This document shows, piece after piece, positions 11,478 to 24,303 of a stretch of DNA of 64,000 bases. The translations under genes were made by a program, and so were the position numbers. Within the stretch, counting starts at the first letter, position 1; each line of letters begins with the position of its first letter. The DNA is from Octopus sinensis. Lineage: Eukaryota. The notes under the pieces are model-generated. The model saw nothing but the letters and a program-made list of their open reading frames with translations, searched no databases and was not told where the DNA came from. Location of the stretch: NCBI RefSeq assembly GCF_006345805.1, contig NC_042998.1, forward strand, positions 108,562,001 through 108,626,000, in the 5' to 3' direction.

Positions 11478-14400
11478 GATATGATGACCTTTAGGAACAT
11501 TGTGCGCTCTGGGACTAACTTATATTTTGCATTTACGGCTCCGTTGGTGGTTAATGAGGCCTGCTCTTGACAAGCATATACGACTGAAAACGTTGCAAAC
11601 AAAGCTTTCCCCATTCATTACACCAGCAGTGCGCTTTCGAGCAGCACGCTTAAGTTCTTCATGTAGAATACGTGCTCTCTCAAAAATGTCGACCCCCCCT
11701 CCTTAACCTGCTTCCTCGATCTGTGACGACGACAGGCATTGCCCTCCCAGTCAATCTTCTGTGTATCACAGGTCTTTAATGAGGACTTTACTCAGTCCTT
11801 AAATCGCAGCCTTGGTTTCAGCCGGGGACTCTTTTCATCCACAAGTTCCTCATATAACATCTGCTTAGGGATCCTGCTATCCTTTATTCTACTAATGTGT
11901 CCAGTCCAACGTAACCGGTGCTTGTGCCTCATCGCTTCAATACTCAAAATATCAACTGTCTTCAGGAACCGTGTGTCTGGAGTTTTTAAGGTCCAGCCAA
12001 GATTCAGAATGTGTCTGAGACATCTCTGATGAAAGCGTTCAAGGACCCTTACATGACGTTTGTAAAGGATCATGTCTCACATGAGTAAAGGTGCGATGTC
12101 AGTACATATGCACGGTACACAGCAATTTTTGTTTGCTTTGTGATGACATGCTGGAACCAGACACGAGACTGAAGAGACCTGAAGGAATCAGTTGCTATCT
12201 GCTACCTGAACGATATTTCATCATCCAGGGAACAAGAACGGCTGACTGTGCTGCCCAGGTAGACAAACTTGTCTACCACTTACCGAATTGCTCCTTCAAC
12301 CACGGTAGCTGGTTCCACATATGGATTTTATGGTGCAGGCTAGAACATTACAGCAGTCTTGTCTAGGCTAATTCTGAGCCCAAATGCCTTGCAAGAAGCA
12401 GAAATACGGTCCATAAGTATTTGAATGCCATCCACTGTATAAAGGAGGACAGGAGTAAGAGACTGGAAAACTTTTGAATTGGCAGCAAATCGGCGCAGAT
12501 TAAAGAGGTGACGAGAAGATCGATAACTGACATATATTCCCAGAGAGGTAACTTTAACAAAAGCATGAGTAAAAGCAGCAGCAAAGTACAAAGAAAAGAG
12601 AGTTGGGGCAAGGATGTCCCCTTCCTTGACACCATTTTCCACAGGTATGGGTGCCGGTAAGCCACCACCAACGTTGACCCAATTCTCCATCCCATCATAA
12701 AATGATTTAATTATAGATACAAAGTGATCCGGGCATCCAAATTTGCCAAATATCTTCCATAGCAAGACCCTATTTACAGTATCAATGAATACCTGAACAA
12801 GATCCATATTCTGCTCATAGCATTTCTCCTGCACCTGTCTTGCTCTGAAAATCATATCTATTGTCCCCCTACCAGATCGGAAGCCACATTGAGATTCAGA
12901 TAGGACATCGTTTATGAGACACCCATTCAGGTGGGTAAGAATAGTTTTTGCCAGAACTTTGCCAGCAGCTGATAGTAGAGCAATATCTCTGTAATTACCA
13001 CACATTGTTCTGGCTCCTCTTTCTTTATAGAGAGGAAGGAGAATTGCATCCATCCAATCATTAAGCATTGCACTCTCCCTCCAGACTGCACTAATAAGTT
13101 CATGAAGGGCCTGTATGATGTAATCACGACCAAATCGCAAGGCCTCAGCACAAATTCCATCCTTTCCAGATGCCCTACCAAGATTCAATTTACGTATTGT
13201 TGTCATTACCTCATCTATTTAGGGCATGGAATTTAAGGAGCCAATGATAGGTCTTTCTTGCATAGTATCAATCACTGTTTCATCCAGAATTGACTCATGG
13301 TTTTGGATTTCATAGACGTGTTCAATCCAGCGACCTGTGATTTCTGTTGATTTAGTAAATAGAGAAGTCTCCTTGGAAAGCAAAGGAGCTGATGTGGAGC
13401 ACTTAGGCCCATAAATTTACTTCATATGATGGTAAATCTTCTTGCTGTCATTTGCATCAGCAGCAACCTGAACATCACGAGCAAGATCCTCCCACTAAGT
13501 TTTCTGCATCTTCCTGAGAGATCGCTGCAGTAGTGATTTTACACTGCTATAGTGGACAAGTGCTAAATTTCGCTGCACAGATGAAAGTCCTCTTTTCAGC
13601 AATACATTGTGGGCATGGCGCTTTACAGCCAATATTCGCTGAACTTCAGTATCATTTTCATCAAACCAGTCTCTGTGTCTGGCAGTAGTATATAACAGTG
13701 TTTCAGCAGAATATCGAAGAACCCGGTCTCGAAAATCTTCCCATACTGGAGTACTTTCAATGCTGGACAAGTGAGTCTGAAGTTCTTTCCTCAACACAAC
13801 AACATATAAATTGTGGATATTCAGATACCGAGGAATGGCGATTGGACCTCTTCTCTCTTTCCCTCGAATCATCATCCGGAACTTTGCACGCACCAGATTG
13901 TGGTCTGTCCAGCATTTCGATCAATGAAAGGACTTAACATAACAAAAGTCATAGATGTCACACTTGCAGATGATGACATTATCCAGCAAGTGCCAAACTT
14001 TAGACCTTGAATGCATCCACGTTGTTGTATGATCACCTTTGTGCATAAAATTAGTGCTTGCGATGTAAAACCTATGTTCATCGCAAAGCTCCAGCAGCAT
14101 GAGACAATTGCTATTCATTTTCCCTACACCAAAACGTCCTAGAGAGTCCCATGTTAGCCAGTCTGTTCCAATCCTGTCATTGAAATACCCCAGTAGAATG
14201 ACTTTATCAAAATTGCGGATTTTCCTAAGTATAGCTCTCAGCTGGATATAAAAAATAGTTTTATCTTCAACACAACGTAGGTGCATGAGCACTCATTAGA
14301 GTAGCAAAACGCCCGACGTTCATTTATAGGAACAGGAAGCTCCTCCAACTTCTTTAGTGTATCAGATCGAACTGCAAAGCCAACACCAGCCTCTCTGCGC

Positions 14401-14850
14401 TCCTCTTTCTGCCTAGCCTTCCGAAAGCTGACCATCACCCCCTATACGAGTATCTGAAAGTGCACCTATACCAATGTTATAACGGTTAAGCACGTGAGCA
14501 AAGTGCAGTGACCCTTTCAGGCCTACAGTCACTATTGTTATCCAACAGAGTGCGCACGTTCCAACATGAAATGTTCAAGTTCCATCCAGATTTTGTAAAT
14601 AAAAGTGTCTTTGTTTTTCGAGCGCAGGATGGACATCCGCCAGGCGTGCTAAACTGACCAGATATAGAAAGACAGGCAATTTTTGGTTTACCTTTTCGAG
14701 AACCTCCCCGGCCTCCGGATGAGCACCCATGCAGCAACCGAATCCTACCGCTGTCCTAGGGGACAAGAAGACGACTTATATTTAGCATGGACCGCCTACG
14801 TGCAGGTCGCTGACTACACGCTTCCAACCCATCGCCACCGGACTTCCGAA
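11478..14850 (-). mobile_element. Decayed RTE-clade LINE, near full length
   Basis: WNVRTLLD..RPERxTAL, EAGVGFAV, GxFNxRIG, TTWMHxRSKxWHLLD, RT motifs GNYRxIxLLS, QCGFRSGRGTIDMIF and GVKEGDILAPTLF, and a C-terminal C-x2-x-R-x-C-x-SRAGL-x2-H finger. Frameshifted. The 5' end may extend to about 15180. Confidence 0.9.
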
Positions 14851-15263
14851 TAAAAATAAAATAAAAATATACTAAAACAAATAAATATAAATATATAAAT
14901 ATATACTAAAAATGATACATATATATTGAAAATAAAATGAACATATATATAAGGAAAAAAGCAGCACATACCGAACAAAGGTCAGCAATACCTGTGCAGA
15001 GTTTTAGGTTCAATAAGGCTTGCATGACACCTCATAGACCCTCTCCACTTTGACATTATCCAGAGACAAACCGGAGCAAGGTGTCTGGTGACAACATGAG
15101 TCGCAAGCTCAAGGATGTGGGAGCTCCATGATAGCTAGCACAAACTAAACATCTCCAAAATGTCCAATGCCATTCTCTGCATATGTATACATACATGCAT
15201 ACATACATACATGCATACATGCATATATGCATACATATATGCACACATACATATAAAAATACA

Positions 15264-15370
15264 CTGTTGTTGATGTTGAAATTCCAATGAATGAACCTTG
15301 GATTTAGGCTAGAAACCGGTCTCTCGTACTACTGGCAAGACATCTTGAAATAAAATGAATAATGACATAC
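15264..15370 (+). mobile_element. Second copy of the (ATAC)n-embedded short repeat (probable Dong/R4 3' end)
   Basis: Homologous to 10800-10905 and ends in aatgacatac. Confidence 0.5.
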
Positions 15371-15406
15371 ATGCATATGTATATACATGCATACATACAT
15401 ATATTC

Positions 15407-15690
<284 letters not shown>

Positions 15691-16058
15691 TCTCTCTCTT
15701 TTTCTCTCTCCCTCCATATATATATATATATATTAATAATAGAAGGGTAAAATTGATCAATTAAATCAATTAATTAATTAAATCAATTAATTAATTAATC
15801 AATTAATTAACAATTTTACCAAGTAGATCGGTACGTTAAAATAACCTTTATAGGTAAAATTATTCACATAATTATAATTAGGGTCCAGTTAACTGAACCC
15901 TAAATATATATATACATATATATAATAAATGAAAAATGTATTGTAAATAATCAACGACAGATAAAGACGTATACGTATACTGAGTGTACAACCAGAAGCG
16001 AGACAGACACAGAAGGTCTCTAATTCTTGATCAGTTATCACCCAAACTCAGTTTCGCA

Positions 16059-16155
<97 letters not shown>

Positions 16156-16192
16156 CATACATACATATATATGTGTGTGTGTGTGGGATGTA

Positions 16193-16228
<36 letters not shown>

Positions 16229-16328
16229 TGTATGTATGTATGTATGTATGTATGTATATGTATGTATGCTTGTATGTAAGTTGTACGTGCACGTTACATA
16301 TATATGTATGTATGTATGTATGTACCTA

Positions 16329-17119
16329 CAATAAGTATCCGATCTGTTGCCATATTAACGAAGCTAATGCATGCAAAATAAAACTGCTTGGCATAGATTC
16401 ACCTTAAACTCTGTTGTATATGTGCGCTAAGTTTTAGCATTCTAGCTCACTTCCGTTGTTTACAGGAGTGCTAAAACGAAGGTGTGTAGCGTCTGATCGT
16501 CGCATTGACAATGACAGAAAGTTGCAGAGAATCTGCATCAAATTTTGCCAAAAGTTTGGCTATACACGCTCAGAGGCCTACGCAATGTTTTCAAATAGAT
16601 CTTATGCAACTGAAACCGAGTTTTCGTAAATCTTCAGTGATAATGAACTGAAGTAAGCCGTAACTAATCTGAACATTCTCTGATAACTCATGGATGCTGA
16701 TTCGACGATTTTCCCTCACAGCTGTACACACATCTGCGATGTTTTCCTCAGTCATGCTGGTCGCAGGTCTCCCAGAAGGTCGTCAATATCGACACTTTTT
16801 CGGCCATCTTGGAAACGTCTGAACTATTCGTACATTTATGTGCGCCTCGTACATTCTTCTCCATACACTTTCTCCAATTTTGCGTAGGCCTCTATGTAGG
16901 TATCCCCATGACAACTTCCTCATGGTCAATGCGACAATTACACGCTACACACCTTCTTTCCTAGTACTGCTGTAAACAGTAGAAGTAAGCTAGAATGTTA
17001 AAACTTAGTGAGCAAGCACAGCAGAGTACAAGGTCAATATTTGCCAACCGTTTTCACTTTGCATCTTTTAACTTCGTTACTATGGCAATAGATCGGATAC
17101 CTATTGATCAGACCTCGTA
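16329..17119. mobile_element. mariner derivative with two inverted 5' arms
   Basis: Right end read on the minus strand is TACGAGGTCTGATCAATAGGTATCCG. About 250 bp of each end is homologous in inverted orientation. The plus arm encodes QRICIKFCQKFG; the minus arm encodes EAYAKLEKVYGEEC...FRRFQDGRKSVDIDD. Confidence 0.75.
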
Positions 17120-17156
17120 ATACAAACATACATACATACATACATACATACATACA

Positions 17157-17190
<34 letters not shown>

Positions 17191-17204
17191 CATACATACA
17201 TACA

Positions 17205-17660
17205 TAAAGGGTGTTCAGGTTAAATTCTAGATTGCATATATGGAAAAGAAACAAAATATCCGATCCATAAATAAAAGTATTGTACAAAATCAAAACAATA
17301 TCAAATACTAGATATATCTGGGGGATAAAAGTTTACTCGTATTATTGATATCAGTTGCCACCAACTGAGAGGGTCCCGGAACCTGGCGTATATGTTCCTA
17401 AATATACCACTGAGAACAACTTCGAGCATCTTGACCTTGGTCAGCTGCTCGGCCTTGATATATTTTTTAATTGCGCACCCCACACATCCATGGAACGATA
17501 ATCGGGGGAATTAGGAGATCAGAAATTGGGGTTGGTGAAGTCTTAGAAATCCTCCGATATTCACTTCTGACTCTTTCCGAAGGCATCTGGAGGAGATGTC
17601 TTCCTCGGGCTATAAGCATCAGTAGCGCTGTCCTATATAGGACGTCACACTTAGGTGGCA
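17205..17660 (-). mobile_element. Tc1/mariner (maT/DD37D-like) transposase C-terminal fossil
   Basis: Minus-strand translation gives DSA...DFTNPNF*SPNSPDYRSMD-VWGA and ...ARFRDPL, matching FQQDSAPAH...WPPNSPDLNPMD.VWG...CARFR.RL. Confidence 0.7.
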
Positions 17661-18091
17661 AATATATGTTACGGTTCCGTACTGCTACTGCTTATATCTC
17701 GTCCAGAGATTTAATATAACATTTTCTCTCTTCTACGAGATCAGCGACAGTGAGTCGGTAGAAAAATATATAGTAATTTGCGAGTAGAATGAGCTTCCAT
17801 CACTAGCTGGGGATTAACACACGCTGAGGACGGGTAACCTCCCAGAAACTGGAGTCCGTGTATATCACGTAAGGCTAGATATGGGAGCGATGACCTCCCA
17901 ACGCAAATACTAATCAGTCACAGAATGTGTGTCCTTAGCCAGCTGGAGGAAATATCTTCCTAGGGCTATATACATCAGTAACAATGTCCTATATAGGACG
18001 CCACACTTAGTTGGCTAATTTACAAATATATAATATAATATAATATAATATAATATAATATAATATAATATAATATAATATATATATATAT

Positions 18092-19058
18092 ATATAAAAC
18101 TTACTTGGAGAAAAGAAAAGAAACGAAACGACGCGAGGGCGCTCAGTCATACAATAATTTAATAAATAAAATACATGCATATATGCATACATATATGTAC
18201 GTACCTACATCTACATGTATATATACATGCATATATATGTATATATATATGAGTACAGGACACCACAAATAGACGTAGAACTCAACGAGAAACGAAAACA
18301 TAAAAACAAACTTGGAAACGGACTTTTTTTAACAACGAAAAAACAGACTACAAGACAAACAATACAAGGAATATTCCCCTTCATCAGCTGTCCCTGGTTC
18401 GACTCCATGCGTGTTTCGAAGGTAAGGACAGAACACGACCCGCCGAACAAGTCCTTCCTGCAAAAGAATTAAATAAAATTCCTTTGCAGATGGGTAAAAA
18501 CAAGGAAAGAAAAAAATGTGACAAGAACAGGATGTAAAAGCAATACAAATAAAAATACAAATAAAAATACAAATACAAAAAAAATACAGTATACATAAAG
18601 AATAAAAACAGGACAAAGAAACCAACATTGAGGGCCTTTTTTAAGCCTAGACGATGGAAAAATTCAGAGCGCAAGAAAAAAGTCGTGTTGACTTGTAGAA
18701 GGCCGCCAGCGAAAGGAATTTGGTAGACTCGGCAGTGAGAGAGAGAGAGAGATAGAGAGGAAAGGAAATCAGAAAGGGTGAAAATAAGAAGGAGAGAGAC
18801 AGGCAAAGTGGAATACAGACAGGAAGGAAGGGAAGGTCAAGTAAAGGGTTACAGAGTTTCGCGTCATAATTATATATAAAAACTTACTTGAAGAAAAGAA
18901 AAGAAACGAAACGACGCGAGGGGGCTCAGTCATACAATAATTTAATAAATAAAATATATGCATACATACATACATATATGTACGTACCTACATCTACATG
19001 TATATATACATGCATATATATGTATATATATATATATGAGTACAGGAAACCACAAATA
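18092..19058 (-). mobile_element. Segment bounded by ~180-bp direct repeats, probable Penelope-like partial tandem
   Basis: 18092-18272 and 18873-19058 are nearly identical apart from microsatellite length. Part of the unit recurs at about 8137-8210. Confidence 0.45.
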
Positions 19059-19517
19059 GTTGCTCGATTAAAAGGTGGTGCTCCAGCATGGCCGCAGTCA
19101 AATGACTGAAACAAATAGAAAGAGTAAAAAAAAGATATATATATATATATAAACTAATGAGAACACGCAATATTTAAGGTAGTATGTTCTATATAGGTTT
19201 GATATCATTATGTCATATTTTACTACAGTGTGTATGTGTGAGCATACATATGACATACCTGTAGGAAGAATGCCGGTGAGTCATACAACATGAATGAAGT
19301 TCGAACATAAGTAATGGAAAATGTAAACTAGAAATAAAAGTTGAAATACAATTACGTTTAAAAATGTGCATTTATAAATTAATGAAAAATCAGTGCCTAA
19401 ATACTGTTACGGGTACATAAACACACCAGCATATGTTATCAAGTGATGGCGGTGGGGGAGGGGCAAACACGCACACACATACATAAATGTATACATATGC
19501 TGTTATTGTGGCTATAA

Positions 19518-19886
19518 TTTATCCAAGTTCAAGAGATCATTGATTACAATGCCAGAAAGTTCATGAGGTCAGTTGCAAAAGATCTCCATGTGTCAAAAAG
19601 AACACTCAGAATTGTTGTCCACGAAGACATCGGATATGTCTTATATGATGAAGAAAGGTCAGTTTGTCAGAAAAAGCAAAATAAAATTACTAAATGAGAT
19701 CTAAAAGGCTCCGGCAGAAGTTTTAATTTGTTTTTTCTCAAACGAGAAAAACTTCGACCAAGATCACAAAGTTAACAGAAGAAATGACATATGGTTATGT
19801 GCAGACCCTTCTGAAGTTCCATGTGTTATGCATGCAAACTTTCCGGCAACTGTCAAGGTTTTAGAGGTTGTCAGCAATGAAGGACA
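19518..19886 (+). mobile_element. Tc1/mariner (maT/DD37D-like) transposase central fragment
   Basis: ...RSVAKDLHVSKRTLRIVVHEDIG...FFSNEKNFDQDHKVNRRNDIWLCADPSEVPCVMHANFPATVKVLEVVSNEG matches FFSDEKxF...NRxNDRW...KFPAxVMVLGVVSxEG. Confidence 0.8.
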
Positions 19887-19949
19887 ATAAAGGTGGCTTT
19901 ATTGATTAGCATTACAGAAAAGAAGGTTATTTTTATCCTCATAACATTT

Positions 19950-20130
19950 TTTTGATAAATACCAGACCAAAAACGGTCTACGTCAAAGGATAGCTCTGCA
20001 TAGATCCCAGATCAAAATTCGGTAATACAGAAAAATAGCATTCAGCAAACACATCGACATTTGCGCCAATAACAAACAAACGTGCTTCAGAAATTCCCCC
20101 CTCTATCAATTCTGGGACAATGCAACCTGT
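19950..20130 (+). mobile_element. Penelope-like GIY-YIG endonuclease fragment
   Basis: QTKNGLRQRIALHRSQIK...YRKIAFSKHIDICA matches (YIG)QT...LRxR...HRxQI. Confidence 0.55.
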
Positions 20131-20806
20131 AGTCAGCGCATTATCACAAAATACAAACCCATTTGGAATGTATCCACCACAAATGACACTATTACAAGGG
20201 CCTTAGAATAATACCCACACAAATATTAAAAATGATATATTCAGAACAGGCACTTCACATGGATTTATTCAGAACGATTCCAATCACTACTATTACAACC
20301 ACAACGGGTCCCTTTTATGTCATTTGACCATTTAAAAGGATTCCACCAACATCCTACTACTGTCATACCACTCCCGCATTGTTGTTGTTCTCATTCTCCT
20401 CCTCCTCTTCCCCTTCTTCTTCTTCTTCTTCTTCTTTTCTTCTTCTTCTTCTTCTTCTTCTTCTTCTTCTTCTTCTTCTTCTTCTTCTTCTTCTTCGCCT
20501 CCTTTCTCAACTACTACTGCTTAAACAATCAAAAACAAGAATTCGTATCAAACTACTACTAGCTCCTATCAACTACTTAGAACTCATAAGAGTAAAAAAA
20601 AAAAGAGACAGAGACAGAAAAAAAGAAAATGTCCCTTGCATTTTAAAACCATGGAAATATTTTAAAAAACATTTAATTTAATTTTTCCACAATTTCATTG
20701 TTTTTCGTGCTTTACTCTAAGTGGAAAAAGTCGCAAAATCTGAAACCGGTCCTAAAATGTTCTTTATGATATAATTATTTTAGCATTTTCTACCTTGTCT
20801 TATATT

Positions 20807-20876
<70 letters not shown>

Positions 20877-21029
20877 ACGCCGTGTATATATGTGCGAAAA
20901 TGTATTCGGGTGTGTGAGGGGTGTGCGTACACGTAGATGCTTGTGTGTGTGTGTGTTCACAGACTTGGTTCAGCCAGAGCATGGGAGCAGCTGATGCTAA
21001 GGTAATATGTCCGGGATTGTCGGCGGCCA

Positions 21030-21660
21030 GTGTTTTGACGTTAACCAGAAGGGCATACCTCTGGTGACAACAGTAGGACAGTTTCGTATTTCTTGCTGAT
21101 GGGTACTGCAGGTTGGTAGAGTTTGTGTAGTCTTTCGCGGAGGCTGGCCTGGCAATTACAGGCGCCGGGTGAATAAGGTGGCCCCATGTCGACGATGGTC
21201 CATTTGATGTCAGGTATTTCACTGCAGAGGTCACGGAATCTCCAGAGGAATCGAACGAATGCATGTGCTGCGTATATCTTCCCCTGAAATCATTAACTGT
21301 CATACCTGTGTAGTGCCTTATGATACCATCGGATGGTGAAAGAGTGGATCTGTAGACTATGGCCTCTGAGAAGCAGGATCCTTCAAAGGGAGCTGGTAGG
21401 GTTTCGACATTTTCAAATTGAAGTTGGGGCTGTGCAGATGCATGTTTGTGTCTGTTGAAGCGTGCGATGTCGGATGCGATATTGTCTAAGCAAGAGTAGC
21501 TCACCTTGACGTTGAGGGTGGGGGTTAAGAGCTTGCAGTACTTATAGTGTGCGAGGAAATGCTTCTTAAGCAACCACAGGAAGCCCCTAGCTATGTACGT
21601 TTTTTTAATATCTCGAAGCACACACACAAAGCTAAATATAAAAGGATGTAAATATCGGGT
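21030..21660 (-). mobile_element. Penelope-like ORF fragment (linker plus GIY-YIG), within track ORF 20809-21825
   Basis: FLWLLKKHF...NVKVSYSCLDNIAS and PFEGSCFSEAIVYRST...HYTGMTVNDFRGRYTQHMHSF. The start of the track ORF is SINE sequence and its end is microsatellite. Confidence 0.8.
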
Positions 21661-21723
21661 AGATTCAGCATGACACAGAGTGACAATGCTGGCTCTTTGA
21701 AATACAAGTACAACAGAAACTGG

Positions 21724-21909
21724 AAGGAAGAGTGAAAGAATGTTGTGGTGAAAGAGTACAGCAGGGTTCATCACCACCCCTGCCGGATCCTCGTGGAGCT
21801 TTAGGTGTTTCCGCTCAATAAACACTCACAATGCCCAGTCTGGGAATCGAAACCGCGATCCTACGACCGCGAGTCCGCTGCCCTAACCACTGGGCTATTG
21901 CGCTTCCAC
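21724..21909 (-). mobile_element. tRNA-derived SINE
   Basis: Minus-strand head gcgcaatagcccagtggttagggcagcggactcgcggtcgtaggatcgcggtttcgattccc has A and B boxes. Confidence 0.8.
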
Positions 21910-22811
21910 AAGGTGACTATAATAGTAACGATAAAATACTGATGATGACGATAATGATAAATAACATTGAAAACAAGTTGTTATTTTTGCCCAGATCAAT
22001 ACGCATCGAGGAGATTTATAAAGATATTTTAGCTGTGACACGATTCTATGTTAAGGGGACACAGGACCACATTCCTCTGTGTATCCTTGTGAAGAAGGTA
22101 TGATACAATTTGAGGGAGATTTGTTTGCTATTTCCAGTTATCTACGCGGCTACATAGAGGTTCGTTCTGCATGAAACAAAGACAGATGTGTTCACGCTCC
22201 ATGAATTATGCCACGTAATTTTGTAAGACATATACGAGGTGGAATCCTCAAATATTACGTCTCGAATGCGTGTGTATGTGCCTGCGTGTGCGTGTGTGAG
22301 GGGTGCATGCGTGCGAGGGTAACTGCAGGTAATCGCACACACTTCCACACACAATACAGCCATCTATAAAAATGCTAAATATGCTTACATAATACGTACA
22401 CGTACATAAAGACACACGCACACACACATACACATACACACACACAAACACACACACAACACACATGGTTATATAAATTTTGTAGAAGAATTTATATATT
22501 AGTTCGTACTAATATAAGATGACAGGTTTACTTCAGGAGAATTATTCACGGAGTGATTAACTCTTTAACTTTACCTCCTGTAATAATACACAATACAGAA
22601 ACATCTTACGTATTTCTCTACTTAAATAAAGCACAATTTGCCATTGCTGGAATTTTTTTCAAATGAAAGTTACTGGCTTTTACAGTTTGAAAATTATTAT
22701 CCATTTCACACTGTATGAAAATTATATTTTTATATGTACATAAGATATGTTTATAGCTGACATTTTTGACCAAATGTAATTATTTCAACTATTACAATAC
22801 AGAAAATACAG

Positions 22812-23360
22812 ATGGATATTTTCAAACCCGATCAGTATTGTTTTTAGGCGGGACCTTTCACTACTTTTGGAATGTTTGTTAGGGGAATTTGAAACCATCG
22901 TCCGTCGTTTCCTAATGATTTTCCTCTCCCTTGGAATCTTGTTCCTTTTTGTGTTGACCTTGTGTTCTGATTCCATTGAATCCTCCATATTTGCGCTTTC
23001 TGTTTTTTGTTTGGTGGTTTGGGTTTTAGGTTTTAGTTATTTCATTTTCCTTTTTCATTTTTCTCCACTTCCTTCTTTATGTTTGTACTAGTGTTCTTAC
23101 CTTTTACTGTGGTAGCATTTGCATTCATCTGGTTGTCCAATAGTGTGAGAACTCCGTTTCTTTGTAGGACCACCGGCACGGAGAGGCTTCTGATTGCTGC
23201 TTCCTTCGCTTCTCTATCCTTATTAGCCTGGTCAGTCACAGAGGTGGGGGTCCATTCTTTTGAGAAACTATTGGATCAAAGAGACTTCTGGTTTTTGTTT
23301 CGTTTCCATGATGATATCAAGAGTGTCAATGTGAGGTCGGTCTGTTAAGGGCATAGGATC
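22812..23360 (-). mobile_element. CR1-like LINE fragment, same family as 4128-7480
   Basis: 22812-22975 aligns by eye with about 6055-6200 (ttttaggcgggacctttcactacttttgg vs ttttaggtgggacctttcgctacttttgg). The upstream charged ORF-like part is less certain. Confidence 0.6.
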
Positions 23361-23397
23361 GGATGAATTCATTTTACATATATTCATACATATACAT

Positions 23398-23497
<100 letters not shown>

Positions 23498-23562
23498 CAT
23501 ACATATATATATATATGTATGTATATATATATACATATATATATTCATACATATACATATAG

Positions 23563-23638
<76 letters not shown>

Positions 23639-23639
<1 letters not shown>

Positions 23640-23795
23640 TATTGTTGTATTTGGTGATGGTTATGTTTCTAGTTTAGCCAATAAAAACACATGCACTGTA
23701 TATATTTGGTGTTCACTTGTTTCAGCTTTATTTTATATTAATCGTATTTCGGCCAGAGTTCTTTCGTCACACTTCTGTGACCTAATCAGTGGTCC
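23639..23795 (-). mobile_element. Penelope-like terminal-repeat derivative, family B
   Basis: Homologous to the arms of the 37976-38295 palindrome (agtttagccaataaaaacac...tttcggccagagttctttcgtcacac). Confidence 0.55.
23751..23795 (-). ncRNA. Minimal hammerhead-like motif, family B (core CUGAUUA)
   Basis: GGACCA CUGAUUA G GUCACA-GAAG-UGUGAC GAA AG-AA-CU C UGGCC; CUC triplet, stem I CCA/UGG, core G8 changed to U. Confidence 0.45.
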
Positions 23796-24075
23796 TTTGC
23801 TTTCGTCTTTCTTTTTTGTGTATTTCCTTACTAATGATCAGCCATTTTGTATTCCTAGTGTATGTGTCTTTATTTGCGCATGCGTATATCCCTGTGTGCG
23901 TCTATATTTAGTAAGTGTGCATGTGTGGGGATATGTCTGTATTATCAGTAACCCATTGCTTATACAAGTTCGTTTAATTTGCTTTTATTTTGTTCATTTG
24001 TTTATTTATATTAACTTTTTCTTCATTTCTCTTTTTGTATTTAATTTATTTTATTTTATTTTGTTAAGGTATTCA

Positions 24076-24128
<53 letters not shown>

Positions 24129-24224
24129 TCATATATATACATATGTATATATTGATACAAATACACATATATATATCCATACATATATATTATATATATA
24201 TATTCACATATATACATACATACA

Positions 24225-24303
<79 letters not shown>

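Noticed and set aside
14760-14850. HDV-like ribozyme at the RTE 5' end (CCU-GCACGU-AGG...UGCUAA on the minus strand)
   Set aside because: P3/L3-like and J4/2-like words are present, but I could not find a P1 partner or a correct P1.1/P4 arrangement.
18370-18425. Type-II-order hammerhead (GAAAC...GUC...CUGAUGA, minus strand)
   Set aside because: Stem I cannot be formed and helix III has only 2 bp; mentioned only as context in the 18092-19058 finding.
20809-21825. 338-aa ORF as a genuine gene
   Set aside because: It is a chance fusion of an antisense-adjacent SINE body, a Penelope fragment and a (CA)/(TA) microsatellite.
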